Part shown: in pieces, positions 47,801 to 61,388 of the stretch
Layout: the number at the start of each line of letters is the position of its first letter
Numbering within the stretch: position 1 is the stretch's first letter
Source of the DNA: Macrostomum hystrix
Taxonomy: Eukaryota > Animalia > Platyhelminthes
Assembly: GCA_950097015.1 (NCBI GenBank)
Contig: CATNEN010000039.1
Coordinates: forward strand, 14,384,001 to 14,448,000
Reading direction: 5' to 3'
DNA: 64,000 bases
Notes under the pieces: model-generated
Told to the model about the DNA's origin: nothing
The model's database searches: none
The model's input: only the letters and a program-made list of their open reading frames with translations
Program-made: the position numbers and the translations under genes

Positions 47801-49442
47801 GACTATCCAACTCTATTCAACTCTATCCAAGACTATCCAACTCCATCCAAGACTATCCAACTCTATTCAACTCTATCCAAGGCTATCCAACTCTATCCAA
47901 CTCTATTCAACTCTATCCAAGACTATCCAACTCCATCCAAGACTATCCAACTGTATTCAACTCTATCCAAAAATATCCAAGACTGTCCAACTCTATCCAA
48001 GGCTATCCAACTCTAACCAACTCTATCCAAGACTATCCAACTCTATCCTAGACTATCCAACTCTATCCAAGACTATTCAACTCTATCCTAGACTATCCGA
48101 CTCTATCCTAGACTAACCAACTCTATCCAAGAATATCCAAGACTATCCAACTCTATCCAAAACTAACCAACTCTAACCAAGACTATCCAACTCTATCCTA
48201 GACTATCCAACTCTATCCTAGACTATCCAACTCTATTCAACTCTATCCAAGACTATCCAACTCCATCCAAGACTATCCAACTGTATTCAACTCTATCCAA
48301 AAATATCCAAGACTGTCCAACTCTATCCAAGGCTATCCAACTCTAACCAACTCTATCCAAGACTATCCAACTCTATCCTAGACTATCCAACTCTATCCAA
48401 GACTATTCAACTCTATCCTAGACTATCCGACTCTATCCTAGACTAACCAACTCTATCCAAGAATATCCAAGACTATCCAACTCTATCCAAAACTAACCAA
48501 CTCTAACCAAGACTATCCAACTCTATCCTAGACTATCCAACTCTATCTAAGACTATCCAACTCTATCCAAGAATATCCAAGGCTATCCAACTTTAACCAA
48601 CGCTATCCAAAACTATCCAACTCTATCCTAGACTATCCAACTCTATGCTAGACTATCCAACTCTATCCAAAACAATCCAACTCTATCCAAGACTATCCAA
48701 AGCTATTAAAAGTTTTAAATCTATCTAAAACATTCTAACGACAGTTCAACTAATTACCAGACTGTATCTGTGAGCCTTGTGGTTAGAGCTTTGCACTCCG
48801 AACCATTGTAAGCATAAAATATATAGTAAACCGAATAACTGACTCACCCAGGTACTCGGGAGTGCCACACATTGTGAAGGTGCGATCTCGCACAACCTTG
48901 GCAAAGCCAAAGTCTGTAATTTTGAGGTGACCCATCATGTCCAATAGGAGATTCTCTGGCTTGAGATCGCGGTACATAATGCATAGGCTGTGAAGGTAGC
49001 CAATCGCCGACAGAATCTCAGAGGCGTAAAACAATGCGGCTGGATTCGCGAAGGTGCCGGCGGCTCGAAGATACGAGAAGACCTCACCGCCACAGACGTA
49101 CTCCATAATCATGTAGAGAAACTTTGCATCGTGATTAGTCCAAAACAGGCGGACAATAAACGGATGCTTAACATTAAGCAGGATAGCTTTCTCATTTTTC
49201 ACGTGGGCTTCCTGTTTTAGTCGAACAACGTCGTCAATGAGCAGAATCTTTAGAGCGTAATATTGGGCCGAGGTGCGCTCGCGAATGACCAGCACGCGAC
49301 CGAAAGTTCCCGTGCCAACTGTGCGCAGCAGCTCGGCTTGACGCAGGCTAAATTTAGACCAATCAACTTGCTGCTGAAGCTCAACCTGCGATAGGGAGGC
49401 CGCAACAGAGTCCACCTCGCCTCCGCCGCCGCCTTGGGCCAT
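44887..49442 (-). CDS. PRKX: cAMP-dependent protein kinase catalytic subunit, PRKX / Pka-C3 type, ~347 aa
   Basis: Exons 49442-48848, 45764-45563, 45133-44887 (1044 nt, phases 1 and 2). Motifs [69 protein letters not shown]-terminal FKDF. A further 5' exon cannot be excluded. Confidence 0.9.
45879..46142 (-). mobile_element. SINE family A copy in kinase intron 1
   Basis: Reverse complement GGTGAGTGGCAGAGCGGTTGACGCGTTTGCCTC...GTGTCACCAAATGATGTGCC matches the other family A copies. Confidence 0.72.
46152..46890. repeat. 14-bp minisatellite (GACAAGGACAGGTA)n in kinase intron 1
   Basis: Tandem copies with degenerate edges. Confidence 0.95.
47535..48700. repeat. 10-bp satellite of CTCTATCCAA / GACTATCCAA monomers in kinase intron 1
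   Basis: Decamer register maintained throughout; 330-bp higher-order duplication (47931 vs 48261). Confidence 0.95.
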
Positions 49443-51714
49443 AGAATAAGATCTGGAGAAGTTTGTTCGCACTTACAGATAAATACAGTAATTTAGTGTA
49501 TAGGACTAGCATTGCCACACTCCACAGTCTGCTTCTTAGTATATAGGACTAGCATTCTTGCCCCACTCTCAGTATGCGAGCAAGTATAAACGATAAGCAT
49601 TTTTGCCCCACTCCACTGTATGTTTGTTAGTATAGCTTCATTCTCAGAAATTTCGGAAAGCAAAAGTTTTATTTTTCAAAATAGCTCATCATAATATTTT
49701 CGGTGGACTTAGAGGATAACTCATTATATTTGACTATGCTTACAGCGTTTCAGTACATGAGCAGTGCATTAAAAAATCGCTACCTGGACAATGATGTAAA
49801 GATACCAGATAAAAATAATCGCCTATTTCTCTCACACATTGTTTTACGACTTCTGTACGAAAAGGACCAAGCCTAAAACAATTTACCTGACCGTTTCTTA
49901 TGTGAAGGACTGAGCTTTAAGTCTCAAACCAGAAAGTCTCTGGACTACTTAAGGGAGACCCCATCGTAGAAAAATATTTTAAATTAGCCTAAAAAACAAC
50001 GCTCAGTATGCATTTGTCAAGTAACTGTTCAACTGGCACCCAACTGGAGCCACAGGTTCACACTGAGATGGCCTGCTTTGGAGCAGGCAGAGCACAGAGT
50101 GAGTTCGGCCACTACAGCTGGGACAAAGTAGCGCTAATAGAACAATGCGCTAATAGACAATTAAACTAAAGAGGCCAGAATGATGAATTGTGCACTCGTA
50201 CACTGTTGCAGCTTGCCGCCCCATGATAGATTAATGGTTCCCAGCCAAGCTACATGGCCTGAGTCATGATATTTGAAATGAAAGGAACAAAAACAAATTG
50301 ATCCAATAAAAGTACATTTATCGCTCACTCAACATAAGATATCAATGTTTTATCAAGACTAATAATTGGTTATCTTATTGCAGTCAAACATTTTCGGGAG
50401 AATTTAGTTTTTAGCAGCATTTACAAACATTCAGAAACTGTCTATCCATAACTAATAGAGATTTGGCGTTTTGGGCCCATTAGGCAGAATGTGAAGATTT
50501 AAAAGACACTGAGATACTTCTATGACTATGTAAAACACTAACACAGCGATCTATAGTGCATAGCAACAAACTGTCTAATATTGTGAACTTTCTAAAGGAC
50601 ACAATCGCTAAGTAAACAAAGTTTATCAACAACCAGAATTTAACTTGATTTACACATGAGTTTACACAGGCTTAAATAAAATTTTCACTTGCTTGCAAGT
50701 TTGCAAGTTTCAAGATACATTAGATTACATTAGGTAAAATTTAATAATCAATAACATTATCTTTAGTCACTTTTAGTGCATTCTTGTAATTCAAGCACAC
50801 ATATATTTTAAATAAAAACTATTAGATATTCCAATTTCATTGTCCCATAATTAATAGCAACCTTGTGGGCAGATTCTGTTAAAAATATTTTTTCTACCTC
50901 ATAAAATAGCAAACAAAAGTTACTAATCTTGATAAAATTTATTATTGCAATCTTCATAAAATGACTAAAACCACATATCACATTGATAGCACTGAGCATG
51001 AAAAGGCAACAAAACATTTACAATTTTGTACAATCCTTCATCATTTTATTATGTCTATTGTATTGTATTGTATTGTACTTTGTTGAAATAAAGTTAAGTT
51101 AAGTTGCTGTTTGCTGTTGCTGTTGCTGTTTACTGGCTAAGTTAACATAGCCAGTAGCTCTTTATTAGATAGTTTAAGAGAATCTTAAATATCTTTTTTA
51201 AACAAAATCAATTAAGAAACAGAAATCTACAAACATGAAATGTATTATAAATAGCAACATTTATTCATAACATTATATAATAAACTTTTTTACACCCTAA
51301 ATTATTATTTTTTCAAATAAAAGCCTAGCTAAAAGTTACTGCAATATTGGAAACAAAGAATACTTTAGCTACCAGATCATATTTTAATACATATATTATA
51401 TTATCACTATCAGTCAAACATATAGTCAGTCAATAAAATATGAATCAACATTATGTAGACAAAAAATATTTGTTAAAGAAATCTATAAAACATGAATAAA
51501 TTAAATTGAGATTAGGAACATAAATTCAACTAGTAAATTCTAGTAAAGTAAATTTACTTTTTTACTAAATTGTTATTTAAGCCAAAAACATATAATAAAC
51601 ACCAAACACTAAGACTATTATGAATTTTTTATATTTAGTAGAATTTTTCGAAAAATAAAACAGACAGATTTTAAGGCACAAAAGGAACCTGTTAACAACA
51701 GTTCAAGCATTACT

Positions 51715-52070
51715 CTGGAACAGTGGTTAATGTGTTTGCCTATTAGACCATGGTCCTTAAGCTTGATTCCATGGCAAGGCCACATTGATTTGGGGCACAG
51801 CTATGGAGAGAAGGCTTGGGGGCTTGTCATGTAATTTATGCCCTTGAGGACCAACCTCCAAGGCACAGTGAAAGTGTATACTGCCTGACAATACGAAAGT
51901 CAGGGCAGATGTACACACATGTATGAGAGTGGGCCTGCATACAGTATTTATGTGTGTGCTCAGGAGTCAGTGGAATGGGCAGAATGGCCTCCTCGCTGGC
52001 TGCGGGTCTAGTGTCACCAAATGATGTGCTATTGCCCGCAGCCCCTTGCAATCATTATTAATTATTATTA
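51715..52070 (+). mobile_element. SINE family A, near full-length copy with AT-rich (ATT)n-like tail
   Basis: Head, body and GCTGCGGG...CCCGCAGC stem (51999-52042) followed by ATCATTATTAATTATTATTA. Confidence 0.75.
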
Positions 52071-53679
52071 GTTAATGCTCGAATTAATATTAACATTGAA
52101 TAATGCTCCCATAAAAAAGTGACTTCTTTAAAGGTTCTATTTAGTAAAGAGAGACACTAGAAAAAGCTAATGTTTTTTTCTGACAATGCTTTGATGCTTA
52201 ACTATATCTATGGCTAATTAAAAAGCGTTGATATAATTTATATAAGTCATGCAGCAAGGTTAAGGACGGAATCATATATCAAAGGATAGTAGTTCTTAGA
52301 AAGGCATTATTTTAAATATGCTAGTTGCTCGTTACTATTATTTTTTCGTGATATATATTCCGGAATTAAATGGTAATAAATCGAATGACATTATCACAAT
52401 ATTTAGAAGAGATAAAGTGCAAAAGAAACAAAACATACCAAGCATTTAACAGAGCCAATGAGGGGTGATAAGTTGATGGCGAGGATAGCTATATAAACAA
52501 TTTGTCAGGTCAGATTATACTATTTTTCTAAATTATACCAAGAAGCATATTACAACAATTTGGCAATGCATTTTCTCTGGTTACCTAAAGCTATTACTAC
52601 AAGGAATTCTAAGAATACTTAGTTAAAGTCGAGTATGTAGTCTAACTGCTATCGAATCGAGTTTTTTACTTGAAGTAGGCCTATTATTTTCGTAATATGC
52701 ATTTCACGAAAGTGTATTTCTCAAGTAAGCATTAAAAAAGTACAAGTATATTTCACATTCGAGCTTCTTGGATCCACAGAAATTAGCTAGGACTGTATTT
52801 ATGAGACCCCCGAGTAAAGCGCTAAATTACACGTATAACCTCTTTATTACGCACCACTGGTACTATTTTAGCATCCCAAAATGTATATAAAGGAATGTAA
52901 TGAGCTATGCAGCGAAATCGGTTTCGCTGCCATCCTTGTTCTATAAAGTAGTTCGATTTATCTGCTGTAGTTAGAAACGTGAAATTAGGAGTTTTCTCTG
53001 GAATTTTTTCTTTTTAGTTGATCGGTGATGCTAGACTTCAGCCTCCACTTTTGCAACTTCTCTTTGGTACTCTCTACTCGAGTATGTTTTTGCTGGGAAT
53101 TATTGTGGACTATCAAAGTTATTTCTTTAATTGTTTTATGAAAAACAATCATAGCCTACGGAAAAAGCAACAATGCTGATTCAGGAAGACAATCAGGACA
53201 AGCCGGAGTTGAGCAAGCAGGAAGCGGAATCGAACTCTCATTGTTAATGTAATGAAAAGTAAAAGGCAAAATGAAACAGTTGATGGATAAACCGCATGGC
53301 ATTATAGATCCTCTAAAGAAGGATCAACTGACGCGTTGCTGGAAAAAGGAAGGAAATCGTCCGAAATTGGGATCAGGGCGAGAGCCCAGTTAGGGAAGGC
53401 TGAGATGGCATCGTGCTTGTCTGGATTTCGATTAGGCCAGGTGTTAAATCATATCCGATGCGGCACGAGACAATGTGACGGAAGCTGCTATTGATTGAGC
53501 TGGGCCTGGAACAAGCGGCTGGAGAAACTGATCTTCTCTTTCAAATAATTCGAGATATAGAAAAGTTGGCGTGATGCGAGCGAAGTCGTTTCGACGACTC
53601 AGACAATGACAGGCAGATTAAGTCTGGGTTTCAAAGAAACAATCCAAAAGACGAAAGTCAGACAAAATAACAAAAAATA

Positions 53680-56210
53680 GACAGGGAGATGGGATAAGAT
53701 ATGGGAGAGATGGGATAAGATAGGGAAAGATGGGATACGATAGGGAGAGATGGGATAATATAGGGAGAGATGGGATAAGATAGGGAAAGATGGGATACGA
53801 TAGGGAAAGATGGGACAGGGAGAGATGGGATAATATAGGGAGAGATGAGACAGGGAGAGATGGGATAAGATTGGGAGAGATGGGATAAGATAAGGAGAGA
53901 TGGGATAAGATAAGGAGAGATGAGATAGGGAAAGATGGGATAATATAGGGAGAGATAGGATAATATAGGGAGAGATGGGATAAGATAGGGAAAGATGGGA
54001 CAGGGAGAGATGGGATAATATAGGGAGAGATGGGATAAGATAGGGAAAGATGGGACAGGGAGAGATGGGATAATATAGGGAGAGATGGGACAGGGAGAGA
54101 TGGGATAATATAGGGAGAGATGGGATAAGATAGGGAGAGATGGGACAGGGAGGGATGGGATAATATAGGGAGAGATGGGACAGGGAGAGATGGGATAATA
54201 TAGGGAGAGATGAGACAGGGAGAGATGGGATAATATAGGGAGAGATGGGATAATATAGGGAGAGATGAGACAGGGAGAGATGGGATAATATAGGGAGAGA
54301 TGGGACAGGGAGAGATGGGATAATATAGGGAGAGATGGGATAATATAGGGAGAGATGAGATAATATAGGGAGAGATGAGACAGGGAGAGATGGGATAATA
54401 TAGGGAGAGATGGGACAGGGAGAGATGGGATAATATAGGGAGAGATGGGATAATATAGGGAGAGATGAGACAGGGAGAGATGGGATAATATAGGGAGAGA
54501 TGGGACAGGGAGAGATGGGATAATATAGGGAGAGATGAGACAGGGAGAGATGGGATAAGATAGGGAGAGATGGGATAATATAGGGAGAGATGAGACAGGG
54601 AGAGATGGGATAATATAGGGAGAGATGAGACAGGGAGAGATGGGATAATATAGGGAGAGATGAGACAGGGAGAGATGGGATAATATAGGGAGAGATGAGA
54701 CAGGGAGAGATGGGATAAGATAGGGAGAGATGGGATAATATAGGGAGAGATGAGACAGGGAGAGATGGGATAATATAGGGAGAGATGAGATAGGGAGAGA
54801 TGGGATAATATAGGGAGAGATGGGATAATATAGGGAGAGATGAGACAGGGAGAGATGGGATAAGATAGGGAGAGATGGGATAATATAGGGAGAGATGAGA
54901 CAGGGAGAGATGGGATAATATAGGGAGAGATGAGATAGGGAGAGATGGGATAATATAGGGAGAGATGGGATAATATAGGGAGAGATGGGATAATATAGGG
55001 AGAGATGAGACAGGGAGGGATGGGATAATATAGGGAGAGATGAGGCAGGGAGGGATGGGATAATATAGGGAGAGATGAGACAGGGAGAGATGGGATAATA
55101 TAGGGAGAGATGGGACAGGGAGAGATGGGATAATATAGGGAGAGATGGGATAAGATAGGGAGAGATGGGACAGGGAGGGATGGGATAATATAGGGAGAGA
55201 TGGGACAGGGAGAGATGGGATAATATAGGGAGAGATGAGACAGGGAGAGATGGGATAATATAGGGAGAGATGGGATAATATAGGGAGAGATGAGACAGGG
55301 AGAGATGGGATAATATAGGGAGAGATGGGACAGGGAGAGATGGGATAATATAGGGAGAGATGGGATAATATAGGGAGAGATGGGATAATATAGGGAGAGA
55401 TGAGACAGGGAGAGATGGGATAATATAGGGAGAGATGGGACAGGGAGAGATGGGATAATATAGGGAGAGATGAGACAGGGAGAGATGGGATAATATAGGG
55501 AGAGATGAGACAGGGAGAGATGGGATAATATAGGGAGAGATGAGACAGGGAGAGATGGGATAAGATAGGGAGAGATGGGATAATATAGGGAGAGATGAGA
55601 CAGGGAGAGATGGGATAATATAGGGAGAGATGAGACAGGGAGAGATGGGATAATATAGGGAGAGATGAGACAGTGAGAGATGGGATAATATAGGGAGAGA
55701 TGAGACAGGGAGAGATGGGATAATATAGGGAGAGATGAGACAGGGAGAGATGGGATAAGATAGGGAGAGATGGGATAATATAGGGAGAGATGAGACAGGG
55801 AGAGATGGGATAATATAGGGAGAGATGAGATAGGGAGAGATGGGATAATATAGGGAGAGATGGGATAATATAGGGAGAGATGAGACAGGGAGAGATGGGA
55901 TAAGATAGGGAGAGATGGGATAATATAGGGAGAGATGAGACAGGGAGAGATGGGATAATATAGGGAGAGATGAGATAGGGAGAGATGGGATAATATAGGG
56001 AGAGATAGGATAATATAGGGAGAGATGGGATAATATAGGGAGAGATGAGACAGGGAGGGATGGGATAATATAGGGAGAGATGAGGCAGGGAGGGATGGGA
56101 TAATATAGGGAGAGATGAGACAGGGAGAGATGGGATAATATAGGGAGAGATGAGACAGGGAGAGATGGGATAATATAGGGAGAGATGAGACAGGGAGAGA
56201 TAGAAATGAG
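53680..56210. repeat. Purine-rich satellite of mixed 20-bp (GGGAGAGATGGGATAATATA) and 15-bp (GGGAGAGATGAGACA) monomers
   Basis: 2.5-kb continuous array. Confidence 0.96.
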
Positions 56211-56924
56211 ATAGAAATTAGCGCGAGAGAGGTAAGACAGCAGAAACTATCTATCGCCAAGTAGAGTCCGACTGTTTATGGCTTATACTTCTAATTAGTA
56301 ATAATTCTGTCTTGCACTCGTAGTCTTGTCTTTATAAATTGTATCTCCAATCATAGCAGACGGTGCAGCCTAAAGTACTATATATTTTACGCTCGTATGT
56401 TTGAAAGGCACACTACAGGGATGCAGTCAGTTGCTGTCAGACACTTGCTACACTGACAACTTGTCAGAAGCTGTTGGCAAGGCACGTGATACTAGCCTGC
56501 TTTTTATTAGATACAGAGAGAGAGGAAACGTTGCCTTAACAGAGTTTACTCAGCCAGATGTATTGAAATCGGTTACATATTTTGGCAATGCTGCACTAGT
56601 GGGGGGAAAGGAAAAACCAACTGTTATTGTTTTGCAACAAAAACAATGGAAGAAGACAAGTGGACTAAATTGGAGGCTGTGTTCAGGTATTCGAGTTTAT
56701 CTGTCAATGCAATACTTAGACCTGTGAGTCAGTGGCATTCGAAACAAAAGATGCATTCCGGCTGACAGACTAAAAATGCCGTGCCGACAGACGAGTCATT
56801 CATTCTACTGAGTGATTGGAAAATGTAAACTAAACAGCAGCTATCTTCTTGCAAGCGACACATTGACTTATTGGGAAAACGCGACAGTGAGCCAAATACA
56901 GTGGGGAGAAGAGAAAGAAAAAGA

Positions 56925-57876
56925 GATACGATAGGGAATAGATGAGACATGGGAGAGATGATACATGAGAGAGATGAGACATGGGAGAGATAAGACAGGC
57001 TAGAGATGAGATACGGATAGATGAGACAAAAGAGAAGATTATACAATGGAAATATTAGACAGGGGAGAGATGAGACACGAGAAAGATACGACAGAGGAGA
57101 GATACGACACAGGAGAGATGAGACAGAGGAGAGATGAGACAGGAGAGATGAGACAGGAGAGATGAGACAGGGGAGAGATGAGACAGGAGAGATGAGACAG
57201 GAGAGATGAGACAGGAGAGATGAGACAGGGGAGAGATGAGACAGAGGAGATATGAGACAGGGGAGAGATGAGACAGTGGAGAGATGAGACAGGGGAGAGA
57301 TGAGACAGGGGAGGGATGAGACTCACAAAGAATATGTGATAAAATAGATAAATGAGACAGGGGAGAGATGAGACAGTGGAGAGATGAGACAGTGGAGAGA
57401 TGAGACAGGGGAGAGATGAGACAGTGGTGAGATGAGATAGTGGAGGGATGAGACAGGGGAGAGATGAGACAGGGGAGGGATGAGACTCACAAGGAATATG
57501 TGATAAAATAGATAAATGAGACAGGGGAGAGATGAGACAGTGGAGAGATGAGACAGTGGAGAGATGAGACAGTGGAGAGATGAGACAGTGGAGAGATGAG
57601 ATAGTGGAGGGATGAGACAGGGGAGAGATGAGACAGGGGAGGGATGAGACTCACAAGGAATATGTGATAAAATAGATAAATGAGACAGGGGAGAGATGAG
57701 ACAGTGGAGAGATGAGACAGTGGAGAGATGAGACAGTGGAGAGATGAGACTGGGGAGAGATGAGACAGTGGAGAGATGAGATAGTGGAGGGATGAGACAG
57801 GGGAGAGATGAGACAGGGGAGGGATGAGACTCACAAGGAATATGTGATAAAATAGATAAATGAGACAGGGGAGAGA
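56925..57876. repeat. 13-15-bp (GGAGAGATGAGACAG) array with ~165-180-bp higher-order unit
   Basis: ACTCACAAGGAATATGTGATAAAATAGATAAA block recurs at ~57321, 57485, 57649 and 57829. Confidence 0.92.
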
Positions 57877-58534
57877 AAATTAAGAGAGACACTGTTGTCT
57901 GTAGGCATAAGGTTGCCCATCCCTGCTAACAATATATTCGCCAAAAGCCAAATGAAATGAGAAAGCGAGTCGTTTCTTGACTGAAATTGAATGAAAAACA
58001 AGCAGAAAGCAAAAAGTGTTACACAGGTAATGCATAATTTATTACATTTTGTAGGTTATCTATCCAATGAAAGGCAGAAATAGCAAATTACAAAAAGAAG
58101 GCGCGATAGGCAATATTCAGAGCAGTTTTAGTTACACTGATCATAGCGCGTATTGGATTAGCTTAATCGAAAGTAAAACTGGGAGGCAAAGAGAGGTCAT
58201 TTTGACAGTGGAGATCGACAAAGTATGAACCCAACCCAGGTTTACATTAAATTAGATTGAAATCTATTCAAACTGATTCGATTAATCAAGCTTATTAGAG
58301 AGAAATAAGGTGTCAACTGGTTATGTCTAATCTAATCCTAGAGGATCGTAAATTTCTGTGCGTTGAAGACTAAATATCTTTTAATTTCCGATTTTAAATT
58401 AGCGAAATAAACTTTCGTCCGGGTTCAGTGAAAAGGAACTTTCTATTTTGTTTAGTTACATTACATTCGTTATAAGTTTTCGATTAGGCGGATTAAAAAA
58501 GCAAGAGAAATACAATTTAACAAAGTGGAAGAGG

Positions 58535-58940
58535 ACGGTAGTCCTGAAAGACACAGGACAGTCCTGAAGGATAGAGGGCAGTCTTGAAGGATAGAGGGCA
58601 GTCCTGAAGGTTAGAGGACAGTCCTGAAGGATAGAGGGCAGTCCTGGAGGAAAGAGGACAGTCCTGAAGGAGATATGGCAGTCCTGAAGGGTATACTCTT
58701 ATAGCAGTCCTTAAGCATAGAGGGTAGTCCTAAAAGAAAGAGAACAGAGTTGAAGGATAGATGGCAGTCCTGAAGGATAGATGGCAGTCCTGAAGGATAG
58801 ATGGCAGTCCTGAAGGATAGATGGCAGTCCTGAAGGATAGATGGCAGTCCTGAAGGATAAAGGAAAGTCTTAAAGGACAGAGGGCAGTACTGAAGGACAG
58901 AGGGCAGTACTGAAGGACAGAGGGTAGTCCTGAAGGATAG
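58535..58940. repeat. 20-bp minisatellite (GGCAGTCCTGAAGGATAGAK)n just 3' of spastin
   Basis: Tandem degenerate copies. Confidence 0.88.
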
Positions 58941-58992
58941 ACTAGAAAGACTTGAAAAGTAAGTTCTCACAGCAGTTTCGCCGCCGAAGCCG

Positions 58993-61388
58993 TTAGGTTG
59001 GGCAGCCGTCTCCGTACTTCTCGCTCCAGTCGATGAGCTCAGCAAGGCTCTCTGGCGGCACGCTAGGCCTAACTCTGCCTAGACAATTGCGCAGATCCGC
59101 ACCGGTCAGGGGTCGCACAGCGGCCTTAGCAACTGTTGCTAGGCGATCTGGCCGGATCTGGCGCAACGGTTCCATGGCGGCTTCGCGGGCTAAATTGGCC
59201 AGGTCGCTAGCCGAGTAGCCCTCGGTGGCCACCGCCAGTTCGCGCAGCTCCGGCTCCGTCACGCTGACCGAGTCGTGCTTGGCCAACAGGCAGCGGATGA
59301 GGTTCAACCGGCAGGCCTCATTCGGCATGCCGATGTACAGCCGGCGGCCGAATCGCCGGACGACGGCCGGGTCAATTTCGGCTGGTCGATTGGTGGCTGC
59401 GAGAAGGAAGACGCCGCCACCGCCACCGCCGCGGCTGCCGCTACGCCCGTTGACGCCAGCTGACGAGCTTTCTTTGTCAGATGCGGCCGGGTCGGCTGCT
59501 CGAACACCGTCGAGTTCGACGAGAAATTGAGTCTTGAGCCGTCGGGAAACTTCTGTTTCCTAAGTAAACGAGAAAAACGGGAAATTCAGAACTAATGGAC
59601 AGTTAGAAAACTAGGGATGGAAAACTGGGAGGATGGGATAACTGAGTGGATGGGAAACTGAGAGGATGGTAAACCTACGGATGGGAAAACAGAGTGGTTG
59701 GGAAAACTAAGAGGATAGGGAAAACTACGGATGGGAAAACTACGGATGGGAAAACTACGGATGGGAAAACTACGGATAGGAAAACTACGGATGGAAAAAC
59801 TACGGAGTGGGACAGCAGAGAGGATGGCAAAACTGACAGAGGACGTAAAAACTAAAAGAGGATGAAAAAGCTAGTAAATGATGGGAAAACTGAGAGGATA
59901 GGAAAATCCATTGAGTTTGAGAGGCCCACCTTGTCGCCGCGCACGCTGAGAATGGAGTCGACTTCGTCAATGAAGATGACAGCCGGAGCCAGCCGCCTTG
60001 CCAAGGCGAACAGCGCCCGGACGAGTTTCTCGGCTTCGCCGACCCACTTGGACATCAGGGAACCGGCCGAGATGTTGAAGAACACGCCGCCAGCTTCGGT
60101 GGCAACGGCTTTGGCTAGCAGGGTCTTGCCATTGCCAGGCGGCCCAAACAGAAGCACAGCCCGCGCCGGCTGGCGAAGGCCGCTGAACAGATCCGGCCTC
60201 AGGCTGGGCAGCACGGTGGCTTCACGGAGGGCCTCCTTGGCCGCCGCGTTGCCAACGACATCGTCAAAGGCGACGCCGGGCGACTGGTCCAGGACCTCGT
60301 TGAGGATGGAGTTGGCAAGGGCCGGGTCCACGCCTTTGAGCTCGGCGCCTGTGACGGCGGACGGCTTCTCAGCAGTGGGACGCCTGTGGGCGCTGGGGGG
60401 GAATTGCTGGTTTGAGACCACCATACCCACACTGAATCCCACACTGAACCCCACACTGAACTCCACACTGAATCGCACACTGAATCCCACACTAAATCCC
60501 ACTGTAAAAGACACTAAATCCCACACATAATCTTACAATGAATCCTACAATAATTTTCACACTGAATCCCACACTGTCTCTCACTCAGCATCCAACCATC
60601 AACCCCACACAGCATCCTACCATAAACCCCACACCGCATCCTACCATAAACCCCACACAGCATCCTACCATAAACCCCACACCGCATCCTACCATAAACC
60701 CCACACAGCATCCTACCATAAACCCCACACAGCATCCTACCATAAACCCCACACCGCATCCTACCATAAACCCCACACCGCATCCTACCATAAACCCCAC
60801 ACAGCATCCTACCATAAACCCCACACAGCATCCTACCATAAACCCCACACAGCATCCTACCATAAACCCCACACCGCATCCTACCATAAACCCCACACAG
60901 CATCCTACCATAAACCCCACACAGCATCCTACCATAAACCCCACACAGCATCCCTAATCAAACCACCTGGAATTTGTTCGCGCCGCATTCGCCGCAGCCA
61001 CCTTCGTCTGAGCGGGCAGCCGCCGCTGCAGCAGGCGGGCCATTTCAGATTCCGCCTTCGTCAGTCGGTCCTTGGCCTGGCCCAGGTTAGCTCGCATTTT
61101 AGCCTGAATGTTGGCCAGTTTAGCGGCTTTGCTTGAGTCCGCCTTGGTGGCCGAGTCAGGGCGCACAGCGAGGCCCAGCTGGAGTTCCGCAATGCCCCTC
61201 TTGTAGTGACCAATCAGGCTGCGGAGCTCGTCAATTGAGCTTCCTTCGTTGTCCTTGGCTTCCGAGTCTCGCTGCAGTCGTTCGTCCAAGTCAAGCGCGG
61301 CCGCCAGGCTGACAAAGGCGACCGAGTGATGAGTCTTCAGTCTGGACATCGGCGACGCGGCTCGGCGACTGTTGGCGGCAGTTGCCAT
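58993..61388 (-). CDS. SPAST: Spastin (MIT domain plus microtubule-severing AAA ATPase), ~483 aa from the visible ATG
   Basis: Exons 61388-60967, 60392-59930, 59559-58993 (1452 nt). MIT ([21 protein letters not shown]), spastin-type Walker A GPPGNGKT, pore loop SKWVGE, Walker [31 protein letters not shown]-terminal WSEKYGD. Confidence 0.92.
59600..59905. repeat. ~16-bp degenerate minisatellite (GGATGGGAAAACTAC)n in spastin intron 2
   Basis: Tandem copies. Confidence 0.8.
60428..60953. repeat. 12-bp (CACACTGAATCC) and 24-bp (CATCCTACCATAAACCCCACACAG) arrays filling spastin intron 1
   Basis: Tandem copies. Confidence 0.92.

Noticed and set aside
50172-50262. C/D-box snoRNA-like ATGATGA...CTGA
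   Set aside because: No terminal stem outside the boxes, opposite strand to the neighbouring genes, and no recognisable guide sequence.
53170-53620. Moderately GC-rich island between spastin and PRKX as an extra gene
   Set aside because: Only short ORFs without recognisable motifs; it could be UTR or promoter sequence but this cannot be supported from sequence alone.
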